This document shows, one piece after another, positions 56,864 to 64,000 of a DNA stretch of 64,000 nt (its first letter is position 1; every line of letters starts with the position of its first letter). The notes beneath the pieces are model-generated. The model saw only the letters and a list, made by a program, of their open reading frames with translations, searched no databases and was not told where the DNA came from. This DNA is from Paramuribaculum sp. GTDB lineage: Bacteria; Bacteroidota; Bacteroidia; Bacteroidales; Muribaculaceae. Made by a program: the position numbers and the translations under genes. Location of the stretch: assembly GCA_029060545.1 (NCBI GenBank), contig JAIDTT010000001.1, positions 773-64,772 on the forward strand, in the 5' to 3' direction.

Positions 56864-57637
56864 TTATTTATGACGTTTGTGACGGGCTATTATCTCACGG
56901 GCGAGCGCGGTGTGGGATGTGGCGCCGCGGCTTTCGGGATCATAGAGCATGGCGGGAAGACCATGGGAGGGCGCTTCGCTCAGACGGATGTTGCGTGGAA
57001 TCACCGTGGTGAACACCATATCGCCGAAGTGGCTCTTAAGCTCTTCGTATATCTGATTGGCCAGACGCAGACGGGCGTCGTACATAGTGAGGAGGAAGCC
57101 TTCGATTTCAAGTCCCGGGTTAAGCTTCGGTTTGATTATACGGATGGTGTTGATGAGCTTGGTGATGCCTTCGAGCGCGAAGTATTCAGCCTGAACGGGG
57201 ATTATGACCGAGTCGGCGGCGGTGAGGGCGTTGACGGTGATGAGGCCGAGCGAAGGGGAGCAGTCGATGAGGATGTAGTCGTAGTCTGGAGCGATGGGCG
57301 CGAGCAGGCGCGCGAGCACTTTCTCGCGCTGCGGGCGGTTGATGAGTTCGAGTTCGGCACCGGCCAGATCGATGCGCGAGCCGATGAGGTCGACACCCTT
57401 CATACAGGTGGGTACCTGAGAGCCGGTCAAAGGATAGTCGTCGACCAGACATTCGTAGATCGACGATGTCATATCTGAAGGCTTGATGCCGTAGCCCGAT
57501 GTAGCGTTGGCCTGCGGGTCGGCGTCGATTAGAAGCACTTTCTTACCCTCAGAGGCGAGAGAGGCCGCGAGGTTGATGGCGGTGGTAGTCTTGCCTACGC
57601 CGCCTTTCTGATTGGCAATTGCTATGATTTTTCCCAT
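56864..57637 (-). CDS. parA: Chromosome partitioning ATPase ParA (Soj)
   Basis: NQKGGVGKTT deviant Walker A, DADPQANAT, IDCSPSLG, IPRNIRLSEAPSHG. Start at ATG 57637 (MGKIIA). Confidence 0.96.
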   Translation of the reverse strand: MGKIIAIANQKGGVGKTTTAINLAASLASEGKKVLLIDADPQANATSGYGIKPSDMTSSIYECLVDDYPLTGSQVPTCMKGVDLIGSRIDLAGAELELINRPQREKVLARLLAPIAPDYDYILIDCSPSLGLITVNALTAADSVIIPVQAEYFALEGITKLINTIRIIKPKLNPGLEIEGFLLTMYDARLRLANQIYEELKSHFGDMVFTTVIPRNIRLSEAPSHGLPAMLYDPESRGATSHTALAREIIARHKRHK

Positions 57638-57723
57638 ATATGCTGATGTATGGTGTGTGGTAGTGTGCGGTTGGTGAGAATTTCGATAGCAAATTTCGCA
57701 CATTTTACCGACATAGATCAGCA

Positions 57724-57795
57724 ATTGTTGATAACTGAGGGGCGATTGTTAATAACTCGTGGAACAATCGAGCCGGTTTGGTGGATTGTTTCACA
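57724..57795. promoter_or_regulatory. Cluster of DnaA-box-like direct repeats and parS-like half-sites upstream of parA
   Basis: ATTGTTGATAACT (57724-36) and ATTGTTAATAACT (57745-57) are 21 bp apart; GTGGAACA (57759-66) and TGTTTCAC (57787-94) are halves of the TGTTtcACGTgaAACA parS palindrome. Confidence 0.4.
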
Positions 57796-58996
57796 GCAGA
57801 AGCTGAGCGTCGCCGTAGCTCAGGAATCGGTAACCGGTTTCGAGCGCGTGGCGGTACATTGGGAGCCAGTCCCCTCCGGTGAAGGCCGAAACCAGCAGCA
57901 GTAGAGTGGAGCGGGGCTGGTGAAAGTTGGTAACCATACCGTCTACCACTTTGAATTCATAGCCCGGGGCTATGATAATGTGGGTGTTGGCGATCAGCCG
58001 CTCCACGCCTTGCTCATCCATATATCCGAGGAGTGCTCGGAATGCTTCGGGAGCCGACAGGCGCGGGTGGTCGGAATCGTAGGGATACCATTGGGGCAGA
58101 TCATCGGGGCGACGTCCCTGAGCCACCATACACCCGAGATGGTAGAGGCTCTCGAGGGTGCGCACGGTGGTAGTGCCTACGGCTATCACGGATCTTTCCT
58201 CCGACGAAAGTTGCTCGATTATAGCTCTGGATACATTGATGAATTCGCCATGCATCGGGTGTTCGCCGATGGTTTCGGACTTGACTGGACGGAAGGTACC
58301 CGCTCCGACGTGGAGGGTCACTTCGGCTCGGCGTATGCCGGCACGGTCGAGGCTTTCGAGCAGCGCGGGAGTGAAATGCAGACCGGCAGTGGGAGCGGCC
58401 ACCGAACCTTCGATGCGGGAGTAGACGGTCTGGTAATCTGTCGTGTCAGATTCTTCGGATGGACGGTTGAGGTAGGGCGGGATGGGTATCTGACCTGCAC
58501 TTTCGATGATGCGCGAGAAGCTCACCTCCGGATCGGTCCAACGGAATCGCACTACGGATTCGGAGCCGTCGATGCTGACGCGCTCGGCATATAGCGTGAG
58601 CGATTGGCCGTCGATCGTAAGGTCGAGGCTCACCTCACCCTCTTTCCACCGCTTGGAATTGCCCACGATGCAGTGCCACGAGCAGCCGTCGGTCGAAGCG
58701 AAGTTGCAGGCATAGTCAGCAGGAGTGTGCGGTTCGAGGCAGAATACTTCGATCACGGCGCCGGTTGATTTGCGCATCTTCAGTCGGGCGTTGATCACAC
58801 GCGTATTGTTATAGATGAGCAGTGCGCCTTCGGGAAGAAGCTCGGGGAGATCAGTGAAGATACGGTCGGAGAGCGATCCGTCGGCGTAGCGCACGAGCAG
58901 GCGGCAGCGGTCGCGCTCGCGCAGCGGATGAGCAGCTATTGAAGAGTCGGGGAGAGGGTAATCGTAATCGTCGATGGATATCTGCTGTGGTTGCAT
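57791..58996 (-). CDS. queA: S-adenosylmethionine:tRNA ribosyltransferase-isomerase
   Basis: DYDYPLP, NNTRVINAR, IPIPPYLNR, YQTVY, SVAAPTAGLHFT, TLHVGAGTF, TNFHQPRSTLL, FLSYGD. Start at ATG 58996. Confidence 0.95.
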   Translation of the reverse strand: MQPQQISIDDYDYPLPDSSIAAHPLRERDRCRLLVRYADGSLSDRIFTDLPELLPEGALLIYNNTRVINARLKMRKSTGAVIEVFCLEPHTPADYACNFASTDGCSWHCIVGNSKRWKEGEVSLDLTIDGQSLTLYAERVSIDGSESVVRFRWTDPEVSFSRIIESAGQIPIPPYLNRPSEESDTTDYQTVYSRIEGSVAAPTAGLHFTPALLESLDRAGIRRAEVTLHVGAGTFRPVKSETIGEHPMHGEFINVSRAIIEQLSSEERSVIAVGTTTVRTLESLYHLGCMVAQGRRPDDLPQWYPYDSDHPRLSAPEAFRALLGYMDEQGVERLIANTHIIIAPGYEFKVVDGMVTNFHQPRSTLLLLVSAFTGGDWLPMYRHALETGYRFLSYGDAQLLL

Positions 58997-59036
58997 ATCG
59001 GGGCTGTATGTGGTTGATTGGTTGAGGGTCGGTAAA

Positions 59037-59813
59037 TTATTCGTAGCGCCGGCGCAGAGTGTCGATAGCCGGGATATATGATTGGTCCGGACGCACGGGC
59101 ACGATTGTGGCGTAGCGTCGGCCAAGCCAGTAGTTGTCTGTCTCGGGATTGTCCGGCTCTTCGTCGACGAACGACCCGCTGAGCCAGTAGAACGCATGGC
59201 CGTGAGGATCCTCGTATCGGGTGTATTCGTCGGTCCAGTGGCCGCGGCCGCCGCGCACTACTTTGATTCCCTCCGGTGTGCATTGGGCCGGGATGTTGAC
59301 GTTGAGGCATACATCCTTCGGCAGACCGTTACGCAACACGTCGTCAACCACACGCTTCACCACATCTTCACACTGCGAGAAGTCGGCGTCGATACCGTGG
59401 TGTAGCAGGGAGAATCCTACCGATGGGATGCCAAGTTGCGCACCTTCCATCACCGCTCCCATCGTACCGGAATAGATGAGGTTGCAGGCCGAGTTGGAGC
59501 CGTGGTTGATACCCGACAGGAGGATGTCGGGACGCCTTGGCATTACGGTGTGGATACCGAGCTTCACACAGTCGACCGGGGTACCGCTCACGGCATACAT
59601 CCGGGCGCCTTTAAAGTCGGGGAGCGGAGTGATACGCAGCGGACCGTCTACGGTGATCGAGCTCGCCTTACCGGACTGCGGGCTGTCGGGAGCCACTACG
59701 ATGACGTCGGCATCAGCGACTACAAAACCTATAAGTGCGCGGATTCCGGGAGCCTGGATTCCGTCGTCGTTCACTATCATTATAAGCGGGCGTGAGGTGG
59801 TGGTCTGTTGCAT
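59037..59813 (-). CDS. surE: 5'/3'-nucleotidase SurE
   Basis: NDDGIQAPGI, VAPDSPQSG, SGTPVDCV, SGINHGSN, YSGTMGAVMEG. Confidence 0.96.
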   Translation of the reverse strand: MQQTTTSRPLIMIVNDDGIQAPGIRALIGFVVADADVIVVAPDSPQSGKASSITVDGPLRITPLPDFKGARMYAVSGTPVDCVKLGIHTVMPRRPDILLSGINHGSNSACNLIYSGTMGAVMEGAQLGIPSVGFSLLHHGIDADFSQCEDVVKRVVDDVLRNGLPKDVCLNVNIPAQCTPEGIKVVRGGRGHWTDEYTRYEDPHGHAFYWLSGSFVDEEPDNPETDNYWLGRRYATIVPVRPDQSYIPAIDTLRRRYE

Positions 59814-59832
59814 AATTGTAGAAAGTAGGGTG

Positions 59833-59840
59833 CAAATTTA
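59833..59840 (-). promoter_or_regulatory. -7 promoter element for surE-queA
   Basis: Minus strand TAAATTTG, about 20 nt upstream of the surE ATG. Confidence 0.6.
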
Positions 59841-59874
59841 TAAAATTATATACATTTTATAGGTTTCGATTGTT

Positions 59875-59882
59875 TATCTTTG
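59875..59882 (+). promoter_or_regulatory. -7 promoter element for the DUF4293 gene
   Basis: TATCTTTG, 46 nt upstream of ATG 59929; divergent from the surE promoter. Confidence 0.6.
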
Positions 59883-59928
59883 TGAGTGAGATAAACATCC
59901 TTATAACCGAAATACAACATTTATTCTT

Positions 59929-60381
59929 ATGCAAATCCAAAGAATTCAGACCCTTATGCTGGTGCTGGCGATTGCCGCACTGATTGTGTTCCTTTATGTG
60001 CCCTACGGATATTGGGACATCGAGCTAACGGCCGGCGGTGAGGCTATGCCGCAGATGATTGCTTGCGGCCAACCCGTGATGCTGTGGTTTACGGTGCTTA
60101 CCTGCGTCGTGATACTCTGCTCGATATTCCTCTACAATAAGATGCCGCTCCAGAAGAGTCTCGTAGCCATCGCAGCAGTGATGGTGGTGGCTCTTGCGTG
60201 TGTGGTGGTCTACAATCTTACCCGTCCGGTTGAGATCGCTACCGCAGAGGTGACTTCCATGACTCCCGCATGGGGTATCGGCGGACTGATGCTCGTGGCG
60301 GCTCTCGTGGGTCTTGTAGCTGCATACCGCGGTATCTCCCGCGACCAGAAGCTGCTCCGCTCCTACAATTCGCTGCGCTGA
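59929..60381 (+). CDS. DUF4293-like membrane protein
   Basis: MQIQRIQTLML, four TM segments, IFLYNK..LQ, C-terminal AYRGISRDQKLLRSYNSLR. Confidence 0.85.
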   Translation: MQIQRIQTLMLVLAIAALIVFLYVPYGYWDIELTAGGEAMPQMIACGQPVMLWFTVLTCVVILCSIFLYNKMPLQKSLVAIAAVMVVALACVVVYNLTRPVEIATAEVTSMTPAWGIGGLMLVAALVGLVAAYRGISRDQKLLRSYNSLR

Positions 60382-60394
60382 ACCCATAGACTAC

Positions 60395-60430
60395 GTGGCG
60401 CGTCTACTCGCGGTAGTAGACGCGCTTCAC
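60395..60430. terminator. Hairpin between convergent DUF4293 and murF-alr genes, overlapping the alr stop codon
   Basis: GCGCGTCTACT (60398-408) / AGTAGACGCGC (60415-25), extended by GTG/CAC across a 2-nt bulge. Confidence 0.5.
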
Positions 60431-62881
60431 GCGGGTGCTCACCGATGTGAGTATCTCGTAGGGGATCGTCTGCAGAGCATCGGCGAGTTCGCTTACCGGT
60501 ACCTGCTGGCCGAATATCTCCACGCGGTCTCCTACGGTGCAATCCACGTCGGTTACGTCGATCATACAGGCATCCATACATATATTGCCTATCGTCGGAC
60601 ACCGCTTGCCACCTACCAATACTTTCATGGCTCCATTGCCGAGATGGCGGTTGATACCGTCGGCATAGCCCACGGGGATCGTTGCGATACGCGACGGTCG
60701 CTTCACCACGCCGCGGCGGTTGTAGCCGATCGTGATGCCCGGCTCCCACTCCTTGATGGCAATGATAGTGGTGGAGAGTGTCGACACCGGACGCAGACCG
60801 GCCTGCGATCCGTCGTTCATTGTCGGTATGCCGTATAGGCATATTCCGAGGCGCACAAGATCGTGCTGATGCTCGGGGAAGCGGCTTATGCCTGTGGAGT
60901 TGAGTATATGGCGGAGGATATAGTGCGAGAAGCCACTCTGGAGTTGGTCGCAGCAGCGGTCGAAGAGCTCGAACTGCGAGCGTGTGTAGTCATCCATCTC
61001 GGGATCGTCAGCTGCGGCAAGATGACTGAATACTGAGGCCGGACGGATCACTTTCTGTCGGCGCAGTATGTCCACGAGTGCGGGGATGTCGCGCTCAAGA
61101 AAGCCGAGACGGTGCATACCGGTGTCGAGCTTGATGTGCACCGGGTAGTCGGTGATACCATACTTCTCCCCCTCGCGGATTATCTCGTGGAGGATATCGA
61201 AAGTATATATCTCCGGCTCAAGATTGTAGGCAAACATAGTGCGGTAGTTGACCACCTTCGGGTTGAGCACCATAATAGGCATCGTGATGCCTGCCTTGCG
61301 CAGATCCACACCCTCGTCGAGCACGGCCACGGCCAGATAGGCTGCCCCCTGCGATTGGAGCGTCTTAGCCAGCTCGTAGGATCCGGCGCCGTACCCCGAG
61401 GCCTTGACCATACATACGATACCGGTAGTCGGGCGCACCATCGAACGAAACATATTGAAGTTGTGGACCACGGAGTCGAGATTGACTTCGAGGATTGTCT
61501 CGTGTTGGCGTGCTTCCAGATAGTCGGCTATCATCTCGAAATGAAATTCGGGCGCGCCCTTTATGAGTATAAGTTCCGAATCGAAATCGTCGGTCGACAC
61601 GGAGGAGAGGAACGTGGCGGTATCGGGGTAGAATGTAGCTTCCGGCGGAAAATATTTGGCACGCGCCGATATCTCCGGACCGATGCCGATGATGCGCGAC
61701 AGACGGCGTTGACGCAGCAGCTGGGCTACATCGTGGTAGAGATGCTCCGGCGATAGAGTCTCGTGCATCACGTCCGAAAGGATAATGGTAGGCGTGCGCA
61801 TGGCGGTGCGTCGGCGCGCCATGAAGTCGAGTGCCGGCGGAAGCGAGTGGAGGTCGGATGTGTAGGAGTCGTAGATGAGCATACAGTCGTTCACACCCTC
61901 TATCACATTGAGTCGGGTGCCCACGGCGCTCAGTGTGGCCATACGCTCGGCTATCACGTCGGCCGGAGTGCCGAGATAGAGCATCAGCGCCAGACAGTTC
62001 ACAGCGTTCTGGATATCCGCACGCGACAGAAACGGTATGGTCGTGCTGCCGTCACTACCGAGATAGCGGTAGTCTATAGTAGTGGTGGAGCCTACCGAGC
62101 GGAGTGCGCGTATATAAAGCGGTGCGCCTGTATCGGCCATCGACCAGCCAAGTGCCGCTCCACGCAGGGTAGTGCTCTCTATGCATTCAGCTACCACGGG
62201 ATCATCGGCGCAGTATATCACACAGCGGCAATCCTTCATCAGAAGCAGTTTCTCCGAGCATTTGTGAGTCATAGAGCGGAAGCCTTCGCTATGTTCTGCG
62301 TTGATATTTGTGATTATACCAATATCAGGCAGAATCATCGACTGAAGGCGCTCCATCTCGCCCGTACGCGATATGCCGGCCTCTACGATCGCGGTTTCCG
62401 TCTCGGGCGATATTTCCCAAAGCGACAGAGCCACACCTATCTGCGAATTGAAACTGCGCGGACTGCGCACCACCTTCGAGTCGGGTTCGAGCAGATGATA
62501 CAGCCACTCCTTCACCGTGGTCTTGCCGCGGCTGCCCGTAATGGCTATCGTGAGGCCGTGGAAATTTTTGCGGTGTTCGCGGGCTATGGTCTGCAGGGCA
62601 TTCTTCACGTCAGGCACCACGAAGAAGTCGGCATCGCGGATAGCGCTCATCTCGTCGGGGATGCGGCTTACGCAGAATGCTCTCACCCCTTTGTGGTAGA
62701 GGTCGGCCACATAGTTGTGGCCGTCGTTGGTTGAGGTAGTGAGTGCGAAAAAGAGAGATTCGTCGGCGTCGGTAAGCGATCGGCTGTCGGTGAGCAGGGT
62801 CGTGATACGTCGCGAAGGCGACATAGGTATTACCGGCTGTCGCAGGATTTGGGCGAGTTGTGCCAGAGTGTATGAAGTCAT
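60404..62881 (-). CDS. alr: Bifunctional MurF-like ligase / alanine racemase fusion
   Basis: N-terminal Mur ligase (TDSRS, AITGSRGKTTVKE, RSFNSQIGV, RLNVIEG); C-terminal Alr (VKASGYG PLP lysine, HIKLDTGMHRLG, VGYADG, GNICMD, TIPYEIL). Confidence 0.93.
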   Translation of the reverse strand: MTSYTLAQLAQILRQPVIPMSPSRRITTLLTDSRSLTDADESLFFALTTSTNDGHNYVADLYHKGVRAFCVSRIPDEMSAIRDADFFVVPDVKNALQTIAREHRKNFHGLTIAITGSRGKTTVKEWLYHLLEPDSKVVRSPRSFNSQIGVALSLWEISPETETAIVEAGISRTGEMERLQSMILPDIGIITNINAEHSEGFRSMTHKCSEKLLLMKDCRCVIYCADDPVVAECIESTTLRGAALGWSMADTGAPLYIRALRSVGSTTTIDYRYLGSDGSTTIPFLSRADIQNAVNCLALMLYLGTPADVIAERMATLSAVGTRLNVIEGVNDCMLIYDSYTSDLHSLPPALDFMARRRTAMRTPTIILSDVMHETLSPEHLYHDVAQLLRQRRLSRIIGIGPEISARAKYFPPEATFYPDTATFLSSVSTDDFDSELILIKGAPEFHFEMIADYLEARQHETILEVNLDSVVHNFNMFRSMVRPTTGIVCMVKASGYGAGSYELAKTLQSQGAAYLAVAVLDEGVDLRKAGITMPIMVLNPKVVNYRTMFAYNLEPEIYTFDILHEIIREGEKYGITDYPVHIKLDTGMHRLGFLERDIPALVDILRRQKVIRPASVFSHLAAADDPEMDDYTRSQFELFDRCCDQLQSGFSHYILRHILNSTGISRFPEHQHDLVRLGICLYGIPTMNDGSQAGLRPVSTLSTTIIAIKEWEPGITIGYNRRGVVKRPSRIATIPVGYADGINRHLGNGAMKVLVGGKRCPTIGNICMDACMIDVTDVDCTVGDRVEIFGQQVPVSELADALQTIPYEILTSVSTRVKRVYYRE

Positions 62882-63852
62882 GACGAAAAATTGTGATTCC
62901 GGAGCAGTCGCCGCAGGGCGCTCTCCACAGTTGGGTATTTCAATATTATTTCGTCGGCCAGCTTCAGGGTGTTTGCTCGGAAACGGTCGAATTCTTCTTG
63001 ATTTGCGGTGAGTCGGCGGTGCGCGAGGCGTCTTACGAGCTTCGCACAGTCGCGGGCCGTAGTCTTGGTAGTCTCGCTGAAGAAGCAGTCGGCGAATCGT
63101 TCATAGACGAGATCGGCGGCTACCGGAGAGGGGTGAGCCATATCTGCGGCATAGAAGCGGTAATCGCGGAGCTCGTCGCACACCACTTCGTAAGCAGGGA
63201 AATAGTGCGCTTCAGCTATACCGGCAGCAGCGAGATGGAGAGTGGATTTGGATAGGGTATTGGTGTGCGCTCCGTCGGAGAGATGTCGGATGGGGCTTAC
63301 GGTCAGCCACACCTGAGCCGAGTGATTGACGGCGCGGATGGCATCCACGCAGCCTTGAAGTGCCTCGGTGGCTTCGTCCACCGAGAGCATCCGGCGGTCG
63401 AATAGTTGCTGCGGCATCTTGTGGCAGTTAGCCACTACCGAGCCGTCGGCGCGCAATCGGTACACCATCGCCGTGCCGAGGGTGAGAAAGATATGGGAAG
63501 CGCGTCGAAGCGCCTGAGTACCTTCTGCCAGCGCGCAGTTGATGGCGCGCAGAGTATCGTCTGCGGTCGTGCGCGACAAGCTCGAATGGCAGAGGAAACT
63601 GTGATAGAGACCCCCATATTGCGTGAGGTCAGTTTCAGTAAAGGAGTCACTCGAGGCCATCGCTTCGAGGCAACGCCGTATGCTCACGGGGTTATAGAGC
63701 GTGCCGAGAGGATTGGCCGTGACGTCGAAGAGCTGTGACTGCATACGCTCCGCCATCGAATCGCTGAAGCAGGAACCTAAAAGCATCACCGGGGTATCGT
63801 GGCCGATAGCGATGGATGCTTTCTCGATTTCGACGGGCGTGAACAATTGCAT
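62878..63852 (-). CDS. GSCFA-domain protein (SGNH hydrolase-like)
   Basis: LLGSCFS, NPLGTLYNP, IFLTLGTA, TVSPIRH, YFPAYE, DELRDYRFYAADMAHPS. Confidence 0.88.
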   Translation of the reverse strand: MQLFTPVEIEKASIAIGHDTPVMLLGSCFSDSMAERMQSQLFDVTANPLGTLYNPVSIRRCLEAMASSDSFTETDLTQYGGLYHSFLCHSSLSRTTADDTLRAINCALAEGTQALRRASHIFLTLGTAMVYRLRADGSVVANCHKMPQQLFDRRMLSVDEATEALQGCVDAIRAVNHSAQVWLTVSPIRHLSDGAHTNTLSKSTLHLAAAGIAEAHYFPAYEVVCDELRDYRFYAADMAHPSPVAADLVYERFADCFFSETTKTTARDCAKLVRRLAHRRLTANQEEFDRFRANTLKLADEIILKYPTVESALRRLLRNHNFSS

Positions 63853-63858
63853 AGGCTA

Positions 63859-64000
63859 TCAGTCTACGGCTATTACATTGAATTCAGTCCTACGGTTGAT
63901 CTGGTCAGCCGCCTCGCGGTCCGCTTCTTCGGGCAGCGCGAGGATAAACTCTTCGGTCAGCTCGTCGCCCTCCTTAAACTGCGGATAGAGGCGTGCCACA
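63859..64000 (-). CDS. 3' end of an OmpA-family peptidoglycan-binding protein (PorE-like); 5' part outside the window
   Basis: Not in the ORF track. Manual translation gives ...VARLYPQFKEGDELTEEFILALPEEADREAADQINRRTEFNVIAVD*; NRRTEF is the OmpA_C motif. The preceding insertion resembles PorE-type proteins (recall). Confidence 0.7.
   Translation of the reverse strand, partial: VARLYPQFKEGDELTEEFILALPEEADREAADQINRRTEFNVIAVD

Noticed and set aside
57638-57790. Calling the parA upstream region oriC
   Set aside because: Only about 150 bp, few boxes, no obvious DUE, and gene orientation does not switch across it. Whole-genome skew would be needed.
58997-59197. ORF-track N-terminal extensions of queA, and similar ones for rsmE, MATE, Crp, GT4, parA, ruvA and the helicase
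   Set aside because: They overlap neighbouring genes or promoters; family-typical N-termini start at downstream ATGs, which I used instead.
9021-60430. Intergenic hairpins (9021, 16576, 42053, 43992, 55912, 60398) as a REP/MITE family or CRISPR repeats
   Set aside because: They share no sequence, have no target-site duplications or regular spacing, and sit where terminators are expected.
60404-62881. MurF-Alr fusion as a novelty
   Set aside because: This fusion is a known, common Bacteroidota feature.

Overview
Ordinary chromosomal backbone of a Bacteroidota gut bacterium. Muribaculaceae-like is an inference from gene content, TAnnTTTG promoters, absence of Shine-Dalgarno motifs, a T9SS and the style of the cargo C-terminal domain. 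About 51 CDS, mostly on the minus strand in tightly coupled operons: kdsA/rsmE/nucleoside permease/mnmA, clpB, radC/nspC/UvrD helicase, Trk K+ uptake, ABC-F, the T9SS translocon sprA, ruvA, a TolC-adaptor-ABC exporter, a glycogen operon (GH133-GT4-GH57), MATE/Crp, mltD, parAB, queA, surE, murF-alr and a GSCFA protein. I found no mobile element, CRISPR array, tRNA or rRNA. The best candidate for an uncharacterised system is a four-gene outer-membrane operon at 10.7-16.6 kb: two surface lipoproteins ending in PCMD-like domains flank two paralogous ~8-stranded beta-barrels, with no SusC/SusD or hydrolase. A third PCMD-like domain sits in a T9SS cargo protein at 42-44 kb. Non-coding highlights are a consensus sigma-54 promoter for clpB overlapping a leftward housekeeping promoter, a three-way-junction RNA in the clpB leader, and DnaA-box/parS-like motifs upstream of parA. 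All family names come from motif recognition and recall, not from database searches.
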